A stretch of DNA of 15,126 nucleotides from Candidatus Sericytochromatia bacterium (GTDB lineage Bacteria; Cyanobacteriota; Sericytochromatia; S15B-MN24; JAQBPE01): positions 1 to 15,126 of the forward strand of contig JAYKHR010000015.1 in the NCBI GenBank assembly GCA_035285125.1, written 5' to 3'. The notes below the pieces were generated by a model. The model saw nothing but the letters and a program-made list of their open reading frames with translations. It was not told the DNA's origin and searched no databases. Positions 1 through 6,759 of this stretch are shown here, in pieces (within the stretch, counting starts at the first letter, position 1; every line of letters begins with the position of its first letter). Both the position numbers and the translations under genes were made by a program.

Positions 1-1
1 C

Positions 2-154
2 GTGGCCCCGGGCGGGGAGCGCGAGGCCCTTTCCCTCAGCCCTGGCCCTGGCAGGCTGTTGGTGCTTCGCACCCAGGGCCACGGCCGGGAGCGCTGGGTG
101 CGGGACCTCCGCGCCCAGATGCTCGCCACCCTTCGCCACCTCCCCCCCCGGTGA
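2..154 (+). CDS. 3' end of an unnamed protein, truncated by the window edge
   Basis: Frame 2 is open from base 2 to TGA 152-154 and reads VAPGGEREALSLSPGPGRLLVLRTQGHGRERWVRDLRAQMLATLRHLPPR. Third codon positions are mostly G/C. Absent from the ORF track. Confidence 0.55.
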   Translation: MAPGGEREALSLSPGPGRLLVLRTQGHGRERWVRDLRAQMLATLRHLPPR

Positions 155-189
155 GCGCGGTCGCGCCCACCCTGACCAGAGGAACCTCG

Positions 190-513
190 ATGCAACTGCA
201 AGACACCACCCTCGATCGCAACGCCGAGCTGGAGGCCGCCGCCTACTACGTCTACCGCCTCGAGTCACCCTCCCGCCGGTGGGGCATCGCGGTGGAGCAC
301 CTCATCGCAGACCAGTTCAACGTCTCCGTCACCTACTGCGAGGCCGGCTGGGACGTGCACGGCGTCGTGCGCTACTGGTCGTTCGAGTCGCGGGACCTGG
401 CAGAGGCGCGCTACCTGGAGCTGCAGCGGCTTCTTGGCGAGGCCGACGAGGCGGCCGATATGCGCGCCATGCTGGCCCTGCTGCCCCCTGTGGAGCGGGC
501 GGAGGAGGCCTGA
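190..513 (+). CDS. Hypothetical protein, 107 aa
   Basis: AGAGGA (178-183) precedes ATG 190, so this start is preferred over the track's GTG 151. Strong GC3 bias and an aromatic-rich, globular-looking sequence. No family confidently recognised. Confidence 0.75.
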   Translation: MQLQDTTLDRNAELEAAAYYVYRLESPSRRWGIAVEHLIADQFNVSVTYCEAGWDVHGVVRYWSFESRDLAEARYLELQRLLGEADEAADMRAMLALLPPVERAEEA

Positions 514-617
514 GGGCTGTCGGCATCCAGGGGCATTACGTTGTGATCGGGGTCCCTGAACGCGGGGCCGTGCGGGTGTAGCCTGGAGGCGTCACCAACC
601 GCCCTTGGAGGTCCCCG

Positions 618-1082
618 ATGTTCGAAGATGCCACCCCCAACCCGAGCGATGCCGCCTTGCAGGGCCCTGCCGTCGAGCTGGGCGCGGTGGAGCCAGCCGT
701 GATCTGGCTGGACGGCGCCAAGGCGCAGGCCTCCGGCGACGACCGCCGCGGTTGTGAGGCGGACCCAGAGCACGTCATCGCCTTCTTGCTGAAGAAGATC
801 GACGAGCAGCAGGCCCGCAGCGCGGACCAGGATGCTTACGCCGAGCTGCTGCAGCAGGAGCTCGACCAGCTCCGCGGCCAGCTGCAGGTCACCCGCGAGG
901 AGCTCGACCGCCAGCTCGCCGACTACGAGGTGCTGATGCAGAACTCCCTCGCCACCGAGCGGGAGCTGGAGCAACACAAGGTCGTCGCGGCAAGCCGCAA
1001 GACGATCCAGCTGCCGTTCTACGCCGAGGAGAAGCTTGCGAAGCTCGGCTACAGCGGGATGCAGCCGGTTGCGGCCGGCTGA
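618..1082 (+). CDS. Hypothetical coiled-coil protein, 154 aa
   Basis: GGAGG (607-611) lies before ATG 618. The centre is heptad-like and E/Q/L/R-rich (ELLQQELDQLRGQLQVTREELDRQLADYE). A terminator-like hairpin follows the stop. Confidence 0.8.
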   Translation: MFEDATPNPSDAALQGPAVELGAVEPAVIWLDGAKAQASGDDRRGCEADPEHVIAFLLKKIDEQQARSADQDAYAELLQQELDQLRGQLQVTREELDRQLADYEVLMQNSLATERELEQHKVVAASRKTIQLPFYAEEKLAKLGYSGMQPVAAG

Positions 1083-1098
1083 CGAGCAGCCCCACCAC

Positions 1099-1126
1099 GG
1101 CGCCTCCGCTTGCGGGGGCGCCTTTT
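1099..1126 (+). terminator. Rho-independent terminator
   Basis: Stem GGCGCCTCCG (1099-1108) / CGGGGGCGCC (1113-1122) with one G-U pair, loop CTTG, then TTTT (1123-1126), 16 nt after the stop codon. An outer stem CCCCACCA (1090-1097) / TGGTGGGG (1130-1137) flanks it. Confidence 0.75.
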
Positions 1127-1167
1127 GCTTGGTGGGGATGCCGCTGCGCCGCGGGGTTCCGCGGCAT

Positions 1168-1196
1168 TTGAAAGTTTAAGCAAGGTTTAATATAAT
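1168..1196 (+). promoter_or_regulatory. Sigma70-type promoter for the GNAT gene
   Basis: TTGAAA (1168-1173), a 17-nt spacer, then a perfect TATAAT (1191-1196), in the only clearly AT-rich stretch of the window. Confidence 0.85.
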
Positions 1197-1205
1197 CTGT
1201 CGATA

Positions 1206-1227
1206 TGGTCACCAATGGGGGTGACCA
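1206..1227. promoter_or_regulatory. Perfect inverted repeat just downstream of the predicted start site (operator or 5' hairpin)
   Basis: TGGTCACC-aatggg-GGTGACCA, 8-bp arms with a 6-nt spacer. Confidence 0.55.
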
Positions 1228-1254
1228 CCCCTGTCGTTCGGGAGGGATCCGTCA

Positions 1255-1734
1255 ATGTCGACGAAGACGAACGCGCGCCCGATGGCGCTTGTCACCGTGA
1301 TGACCTGCCAGGACCCGGCGATCCTGCTGGAGGTGCTGCGGGCCTCCTCGGGCGGTCACCGCCGCATGATGCCGGCCGGCATCCACGACGAGGCCGACCT
1401 TCGGGCTGCGATGGCCGGCGGCCTGGCGTTTCTGGTCGCCTACAAGGGCCGCGCGGACGGCCGCGCCCGTCCGGAGGGGGCCGTGGCCTACCGCTGGGAC
1501 CACGGCGCGCTGCGCGTCGTGCACGTGTCCGTGCGCGACGGCGCGCGGAACCTGGGGGTGGGGCGGCGCCTGGTGCAGGCTGTCGAGAACGTGGCCTCGG
1601 CCCTCGGCGCCCCCCGCGTGGCCGTGTCGCCCGGGGAGGACGAGGGACGCGTCACCTTCCTGCGGCGCCTGGGCTACGAAAGCTACGGCGAAGACCGCCG
1701 GCAGCCGATGCTGAAGGTGCTCGTCAGCGAGTGA
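1255..1734 (+). CDS. GNAT family N-acetyltransferase
   Basis: GGAGGG (1241-1246) before ATG 1255. Acetyl-CoA-binding motif A VSVRDGARNLGVGRRLV and motif B-like FLRRLGY; 159 aa. Confidence 0.85.
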   Translation: MSTKTNARPMALVTVMTCQDPAILLEVLRASSGGHRRMMPAGIHDEADLRAAMAGGLAFLVAYKGRADGRARPEGAVAYRWDHGALRVVHVSVRDGARNLGVGRRLVQAVENVASALGAPRVAVSPGEDEGRVTFLRRLGYESYGEDRRQPMLKVLVSE

Positions 1735-1749
1735 GCGCCCGATAAAGGG

Positions 1750-1776
1750 GGGCCCGGACGTGACGTGTCCGGGCCC
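1750..1776. terminator. Hairpin between convergent genes, probable terminator
   Basis: Perfect 10-bp stem GGGCCCGGAC (1750-1759) / GTCCGGGCCC (1767-1776) between the GNAT and aminotransferase stops. CCCTTTAT follows on the minus strand. Confidence 0.6.
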
Positions 1777-1784
1777 TCGCCGTG

Positions 1785-2999
1785 TCAGGACCGCGCCAGC
1801 TGGGGCCGGGCGGCCTTCATCACCCTGCCGAGCCGCCGGATGCCGTCCTCGATCGCCGCCTCGGAGGCGTTCGAGAAGTTCAGCCGCAGCGTGTTCTCGC
1901 CGCCGCCGTGGGCAAAGAAGGCGTCGCCGGGGATGAAGGCCACCTTCTCCTTCGTGATGCACTCCTCCAGCAATGGGGCCGCCAGCAGCCCGCTCGGCAG
2001 CGTGACCCAGATGAACAGCCCCCCCTCTGGGCGCGTCCAGCTGCACCACTCGGGGAGGTGCGCGTCCATGGCGGCGAGCATCAGGTCGCGACGCTTGCGG
2101 TACTCCGTCCGCAGGCGCGCCAGGTGGGCCTCCAGGCCGCCCGTCGCAAGGTACTCGGCGATCATCACCTGGGTCAGGGCGGCGGTGTGTAGGTCGTTGC
2201 ACTGCTTCAGGGGGATCAACTTCTCCACGATGGCGTCCGGCACCACGGCGTAGGCCACGCGCAGGCCGGGGGCCAGCACCTTGGAGAAGGTCCGCAACAG
2301 CACCACGCCGCCTTCGTGGTCGAGCGCCTTGATGGCTGAGGGGCGCTGGGGCCCGAAGTACAGGTCGCCGTAAGGGTCGTCCTCGACGATGGGCACGCCG
2401 TGGCGGCTCGCGAGGGCGTACATCTCTGCCTTTCGTTCCTCCGTCAGCATGAGGCCCGTCGGGTTCTGGAAGTTCGGGATGGTGTAGATGAATTTCGGCT
2501 GCCGGTGCTCGAGCACGCGGGCGAGGGCGTCCATTTTCATGCCGCCGGCGTCGAGGGGCACGGTCACGAAGTGGGCTTCGAACCCCTGGAAGGCCTGCAG
2601 GGCGCCCAGGAACGTCGGGCTGCCGACGACGATCTCGTCGCCCGGGTTGATGAACGCCTGCGCGAGCATGAAGATGCCCTGCTGGGAGCCCGTCGTCAGC
2701 AGGATCTGGTTGCCCGTGAGGTCGATGCCCTCCGCGGCCAACTGCGCCGCGATGGCCGCCCGCAAGGGCGGGTAGCCCTCGGAGGGACCGTACTGCAACG
2801 CCTTGAGCGTGATCTCGGGGGTCCGGAAGGCGGCCTGGGCGGCGGCCGCTAGCTCGTCGGCCGGGAAGAGGTCCTGGGCCGGCATCCCGCCAGCGAAGGA
2901 CGTGATGTCAGGCTGCGAGACCACCTTGAGGATCTCGCGGATGACCGAGGGGTTGACGTTCGCCATGCGGCTGGCGAACCGGGGGGCAAAGGGGCACAT
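1785..2999 (-). CDS. PLP-dependent aminotransferase, class I/II (LysN/2-aminoadipate transaminase-like, no HTH domain)
   Basis: Motifs SFAGGMP, LQYGPSEGYPPLR, TTGSQQG, YTIPNFQNPTG, IVEDDPY, TFSKVLAPGLR (PLP lysine) and LRLNFS. ATG 2999 sits 8 nt after GGAG (3011-3008). The track's GTG 3008 is an alternative start. Substrate not determinable. Confidence 0.92.
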   Translation of the reverse strand: MCPFAPRFASRMANVNPSVIREILKVVSQPDITSFAGGMPAQDLFPADELAAAAQAAFRTPEITLKALQYGPSEGYPPLRAAIAAQLAAEGIDLTGNQILLTTGSQQGIFMLAQAFINPGDEIVVGSPTFLGALQAFQGFEAHFVTVPLDAGGMKMDALARVLEHRQPKFIYTIPNFQNPTGLMLTEERKAEMYALASRHGVPIVEDDPYGDLYFGPQRPSAIKALDHEGGVVLLRTFSKVLAPGLRVAYAVVPDAIVEKLIPLKQCNDLHTAALTQVMIAEYLATGGLEAHLARLRTEYRKRRDLMLAAMDAHLPEWCSWTRPEGGLFIWVTLPSGLLAAPLLEECITKEKVAFIPGDAFFAHGGGENTLRLNFSNASEAAIEDGIRRLGRVMKAARPQLARS

Positions 3000-3057
3000 C
3001 GTCGTCACTCCGGGGGGGCGCGGCGCGCCGAGCCAGGGGGGCGCACGGGCAGAACCA

Positions 3058-3068
3058 CCATGCTACCA
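3058..3068 (-). promoter_or_regulatory. Possible extended -10 promoter for the aminotransferase
   Basis: Minus strand reads TGGTAGCATGG (TGn plus TAGCAT), about 60 nt upstream of the start. Confidence 0.45.
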
Positions 3069-3127
3069 CAAACCGCCGCCTGGCGTGTCGTGTTGCGGGT
3101 TTGGAGGGAAAAGGTCGGCCCCCACGC

Positions 3128-3163
3128 ACGCAGGGCCCCCGAAACGCTCCGGGGGCCCTGCGT
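3128..3163 (-). terminator. Strong hairpin downstream of the aldehyde dehydrogenase
   Basis: Perfect 14-bp stem ACGCAGGGCCCCCG (3128-3141) / CGGGGGCCCTGCGT (3150-3163) with an 8-nt loop. There is no adjacent U-tract, so it may be an RNA-stability hairpin instead. Confidence 0.55.
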
Positions 3164-3185
3164 TGGTGAGAAGGTGGCACGAGGC

Positions 3186-4664
3186 CTAGACGCCGAACGG
3201 GTTCATGACCCGCTCGCCCGTGTAGACGAGCACGCTCTTCTCGTCCATGTACTGCTTCAACGTCTCGGCGGACAGCTCGCGCCCGAAGCCGGACTGCCTC
3301 GAGCCGCCGAAGGGCACGCCAAGGAAGGAGCTGAAGGGGGTGTTGATGGTGAGGCCGCCGGTCTTGAGCTTGGCCGCGACGCGATGCGCCCGGCCCACGT
3401 CGCGGGTCCAGACCGTGCCGTAAAGGCCGAAGGCGCTGTCGTTGGCAAGCCTGATGGCCTCGGCCTCGTCCTTGAACTTGATGAAGACGACGACGGGCCC
3501 GAAGATCTCTTCCTGGGCCACGCGCGAGGCGTTGTCCACGCCGCCGAGGGCTGTCGGGGGGTAGAAGTGGCCCTCGAGGCCTTCCGGCTTCGCGCCGCCG
3601 CAAAGCAGCAGGGCACCCTCTTGCTGCCCGAGCTTCACGTAGCCGTCCACCTTCTCCCAGTGGTCGCGCGAGATCATCGTGCCGAGCTGGGTGTTCGGGT
3701 CCATCGGGTCACCGATGCGAAGCTTGCCGGCCTTCTCGACGAAGGCGCTCACGAAGGCGTCATAGATCGACTCCTGCACCAGCACCCGGCTGCGGGCGTT
3801 GCAGCACTGGCCTGCGTTGTCGTAGATGCCATAGAGCGAGCCTGCGACGGCCTCGTCGATGTTGGCGTCCGCGAAGACGATGCCGGGGCTCTTGCCGCCG
3901 AGCTCCAGCGTCACGCGCTTGATGCCCTGCGCGGCCGCGGCCATGATGGCCTTGCCCGTTTCCGTGCCGCCCGTGAAGGCGATCTTGTCGATGCCCGCGT
4001 GGCGCGACAGGTAGGCGCCAACCGTCTCGCCGGGGCCGTTGACGACGTTCAGGACGCCCGCCGGGAGGCCCGCCTGGGCCGCCAGCTCCGCGAGCTTGAG
4101 CGCCGTGAGCGGCGTCAGCTCGGAGGGCTTGAGCACGACGGTGTTGCCCGCTGCCAGCGCGGGGCCGAGCTTCCAGGCGGCCATCACGAGCGGGAAGTTC
4201 CAGGGCACGATGAGCGCGCAGACGCCGAGGGGCTCCCACGTGGTGTAGCTCATGAAGTTGGGCGGGCAGGGGATCGTCTCGCCCTGTACCTTGCCCGCGA
4301 GGCCGGCGTAGTAGTCGAAGACGTCGGCGGCGTGGGAGACCTCGCCCTTGGCGGCCATGATGGGCTTCCCGGTGTTGCGCGTCTCGAGCTCGGCCACGGC
4401 GTCGAGGTTGGCCCGCAGCAGGTCGGCGAGCTTGCCGAGCAGCTTCGCGCGCTTCTGGGCCGAGGTCTTGGCCCAGGCGCCCTCGAAGGCTGCGCGGGCA
4501 GCTGCGATGGCGTCATCCACGTCCGCCTCGGAGGCCACGGCCACGTGGGCGAACACGGCGTCGGTGGCCGGGTTGCGCACCTCCATCGTCTGGTTGGCGC
4601 CTCCAGGGCGCTGCTCGCCGTTGATCCAGAGGGCGAGGGTCTGGTTGTCGAACGTCACCGTCAC
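3186..4664 (-). CDS. NAD(P)-dependent aldehyde dehydrogenase
   Basis: Motifs IVPWNFP, KPSELTP, FTGGTETG, LELGGKSP (catalytic Glu), NAGQCC (catalytic Cys), EEIFGPV and PFGGSRQSGFGRE. AAAGGAAGG (4680-4672) precedes GTG 4664. Confidence 0.96.
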   Translation of the reverse strand: MTVTFDNQTLALWINGEQRPGGANQTMEVRNPATDAVFAHVAVASEADVDDAIAAARAAFEGAWAKTSAQKRAKLLGKLADLLRANLDAVAELETRNTGKPIMAAKGEVSHAADVFDYYAGLAGKVQGETIPCPPNFMSYTTWEPLGVCALIVPWNFPLVMAAWKLGPALAAGNTVVLKPSELTPLTALKLAELAAQAGLPAGVLNVVNGPGETVGAYLSRHAGIDKIAFTGGTETGKAIMAAAAQGIKRVTLELGGKSPGIVFADANIDEAVAGSLYGIYDNAGQCCNARSRVLVQESIYDAFVSAFVEKAGKLRIGDPMDPNTQLGTMISRDHWEKVDGYVKLGQQEGALLLCGGAKPEGLEGHFYPPTALGGVDNASRVAQEEIFGPVVVFIKFKDEAEAIRLANDSAFGLYGTVWTRDVGRAHRVAAKLKTGGLTINTPFSSFLGVPFGGSRQSGFGRELSAETLKQYMDEKSVLVYTGERVMNPFGV

Positions 4665-4707
4665 GGTCGGGCCTTCCTTTCGCGCGTGGCGGCACCATTG
4701 CCGCCTC

Positions 4708-4739
4708 CGTCCGGTCCATTTTGGGGCACCGACCGGACG
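4708..4739. promoter_or_regulatory. Inverted repeat straddling the predicted -10, candidate operator
   Basis: CGTCCGGTC (4708-4716), 14-nt spacer, GACCGGACG (4731-4739); perfect 9-bp arms. Confidence 0.45.
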
Positions 4740-4746
4740 ATGTCCA
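4718..4746 (-). promoter_or_regulatory. Probable sigma70-type promoter for the aldehyde dehydrogenase
   Basis: Minus strand TGGACA (4746-4741), 17-nt spacer, CAAAAT (4723-4718). Confidence 0.5.
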
Positions 4747-4912
4747 TCGCGCGCGGCGGCGGGCGGTGCTCAAGCCCAAACCCCCGCCTGCCGAAGATCC
4801 GGATGCGGCAGCCGGGGCCGCACGGTGATGATCCGCACAGCGGCCGTCGCCTCCTTCGGGTTACCATAATGTCGCTTTCGCCAGGGGTGCTGGCCGAAGC
4901 CTCAGAGATGGG

Positions 4913-5371
4913 ATGGATCAGATGGACGCACGCTTCCCCGCTCCCGTTGGCCGGCTCGCCGCCGAGGTCGAGGCCATGTCGCAGGCCCCGGCGCTCCGGG
5001 GGCTGGCCGGTTGGCTCGCCCGCTTGCCACTCGGGGGCCCCTCGCGCCGGCGCGAGACCCTGCTGGCCCGCCGCAGCCGTGAGCAGGAGGTCGTCCCTGC
5101 GCCGCGCCGCCAGCGCCAGCGCCGCGCCCCCGAACAGGCCACCCTGGCCACGCTGGAGGAGATTCTCGGCACGAGGCCCGATGGCCTCATCGAGGTGCGC
5201 AGCACCCTGCCCGAGCGGATGCCGGCGGTCAGCGCGGAGGCAGCGCCCGCCTGGGTGACGGGCGCTGACATGCCCGGCCGGATGGGGCGAGACGAGGGCG
5301 AGACGGGGGCCTTCCTGCAGCTGTTCGCGCGCAACGTGGACAGCCTCTCGGAGCTCTCACGAACGCTCTGA
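4913..5371 (+). CDS. Hypothetical protein, about 150 aa (start uncertain)
   Basis: Fills the gap between the dehydrogenase and thiolase genes with a GC3-biased frame. CATAAT at 4865-4870 lies upstream. There are several in-frame ATGs and no strong SD. Confidence 0.6.
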   Translation: MDQMDARFPAPVGRLAAEVEAMSQAPALRGLAGWLARLPLGGPSRRRETLLARRSREQEVVPAPRRQRQRRAPEQATLATLEEILGTRPDGLIEVRSTLPERMPAVSAEAAPAWVTGADMPGRMGRDEGETGAFLQLFARNVDSLSELSRTL

Positions 5372-5394
5372 GCTTGCAGAAACCAAGGTTCGCG

Positions 5395-5424
5395 CGCCCC
5401 GTCCAGGCTTGCCCGGGCGGGGCG
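5395..5424. terminator. Imperfect hairpin between convergent genes
   Basis: CGCCCCGTCC (5395-5404) pairs with GGGCGGGGCG (5415-5424), one G-U pair. No U-tract. Confidence 0.35.
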
Positions 5425-5441
5425 TTGCACGTGGCCGCCGC

Positions 5442-6641
5442 CTAAGGCCGCTCGAACACCGCCGCGATGCCCTGCCCGACCCCGATGCACATCGTCGCGA
5501 GGCCATAGCGCCCCTGCCGGCGGCCCAGTTCGTGCAGCAGCGTTGTCACGATGCGGGCGCCCGAGCCGCCGAGCGGGTGGCCGAGGGCGATGGACCCCCC
5601 GTTGACGTTGGTCTTCGCCGGATCGAGGCCGAGGTCGCGGAGGCAGGCGAGGCCCTGCGCCGCGAAGGCCTCATTGAGCTCCACGAGGTCGAGGTCGCCC
5701 ACCGTGAGCCCGGCGCGCGCCAGGGCCTTGCGCGTGGCCGGCACCGGGCCCACGCCCATGATGACGGGGTCCACGCCCGCCACCGCGCCCGAGACGAAGC
5801 GGGCGAGGGGCGTGAGGCCGAGGGCACGGGCCCTCTCCTCGCTCATGACCACGACGGCGGCCGCCCCGTCGTTCACGCCCGAGGCGTTGCCGGCCGTCAC
5901 CGTGCCGTTGGCCTTCACGAAGGCGGGCTTCAGGGTGGCGAGCTTCTCGACGGTGGTCTCGCGCGGGTGCTCGTCCGTGTCGAAGACGGCCGTCTGGCCT
6001 TTGCCTGCGGGCACGGTGACGGGGACGAGCTCGTCGCGGAAGCGGCCCTCGGCGATCGCGGCCGCGGCGCGGCGCTGGCTCTCGACGGCGAAGGCGTCCT
6101 GGTCCTCGCGCGTGATGCCCCACTGTGCCGCCACCCGCTCGGCCGTCTCGCCCATGCTGATGGGCTCATGCCTCGCCGCGAGCGTCTGGTTCACGAAGCG
6201 CCAGCCGATCGTGGTGTCGACGAGTTCCATCCCCCCGCGCGGGAAGGCGGCATCGGGCTTGAGGGCGACGAGGGGGGCACGCGTCATCGACTCCACGCCT
6301 CCCGCCACGAAGACCTCGCCCTCGCCTGCCCGGATGGCGTGGGCGGCGGTGATGATCGCCTGCAGGCCCGAGCCGCAGAGCCGGTTCACCGTCTGGCCGG
6401 GCACCGTGATGGGCAGCCCCGCGAGCAACCCGGCCATGCGCGCCACGTTCCGGTTGTCCTCGCCGGCCTGGTTGCTGCAGCCGAGGATCACGTCCTCGAT
6501 GCTGTCCGGCGAGAGGCCCGCCCGAGCGACGACCTCCCGGATCACCACGGCCGCGAGGTCGTCGGGGCGCACGTCCTTGAGCGCGCCCCCGTAGCGGGCG
6601 ATGGGCGTGCGGACGGCTGCGACGATGACGGCTTCGGGCAT
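5442..6641 (-). CDS. Acetyl-CoA C-acyltransferase (thiolase), PcaF/PaaJ 3-oxoadipyl-CoA thiolase-like
   Basis: VRPDDLAA and [14 protein letters not shown] are characteristic of the PcaF/PaaJ group. Also NRLCGSG (Cys), [13 protein letters not shown] (His) and MCIGVGQG (Cys). AGAAAGGA SD upstream. Confidence 0.95.
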   Translation of the reverse strand: MPEAVIVAAVRTPIARYGGALKDVRPDDLAAVVIREVVARAGLSPDSIEDVILGCSNQAGEDNRNVARMAGLLAGLPITVPGQTVNRLCGSGLQAIITAAHAIRAGEGEVFVAGGVESMTRAPLVALKPDAAFPRGGMELVDTTIGWRFVNQTLAARHEPISMGETAERVAAQWGITREDQDAFAVESQRRAAAAIAEGRFRDELVPVTVPAGKGQTAVFDTDEHPRETTVEKLATLKPAFVKANGTVTAGNASGVNDGAAAVVVMSEERARALGLTPLARFVSGAVAGVDPVIMGVGPVPATRKALARAGLTVGDLDLVELNEAFAAQGLACLRDLGLDPAKTNVNGGSIALGHPLGGSGARIVTTLLHELGRRQGRYGLATMCIGVGQGIAAVFERP

Positions 6642-6675
6642 GGTGGGGTCCTTTCTGGCAGGCCGCCATCATAAA

Positions 6676-6708
6676 CCGGGGGCCCGTCGGCTGGCGACGG
6701 GCCCCCGG
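6676..6708 (-). terminator. Hairpin/terminator downstream of the lipoprotein gene
   Basis: Perfect 14-bp stem CCGGGGGCCCGTCG (6676-6689) / CGACGGGCCCCCGG (6695-6708), followed by TTTAT on the minus strand. Confidence 0.65.
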
Positions 6709-6759
6709 CGGTTGGGGGTCGGCCGGGGAGCCGTGAGCGGCGGCCCGGCCCGGGAGGCG

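Noticed and set aside
142..149. C8 homopolymer as a phase-variation tract
   Set aside because: It is short for a GC-rich genome and lies in the last codons of the upstream ORF, so slippage would have little effect given the 190 start.
618..1734. Coiled-coil gene plus GNAT as a toxin-antitoxin pair
   Set aside because: A terminator and an independent promoter separate them, and the upstream protein shows no ribbon-helix-helix antitoxin pattern.
1785..3008. Calling the PLP protein a MocR/GabR transcription factor
   Set aside because: It is only about 404 aa and has no N-terminal winged-helix domain.
3060..6674. Long plus-strand ORFs 3060..5258, 5409..6674 and 5551..6594
   Set aside because: They are antisense shadows of the well-supported dehydrogenase and thiolase genes.
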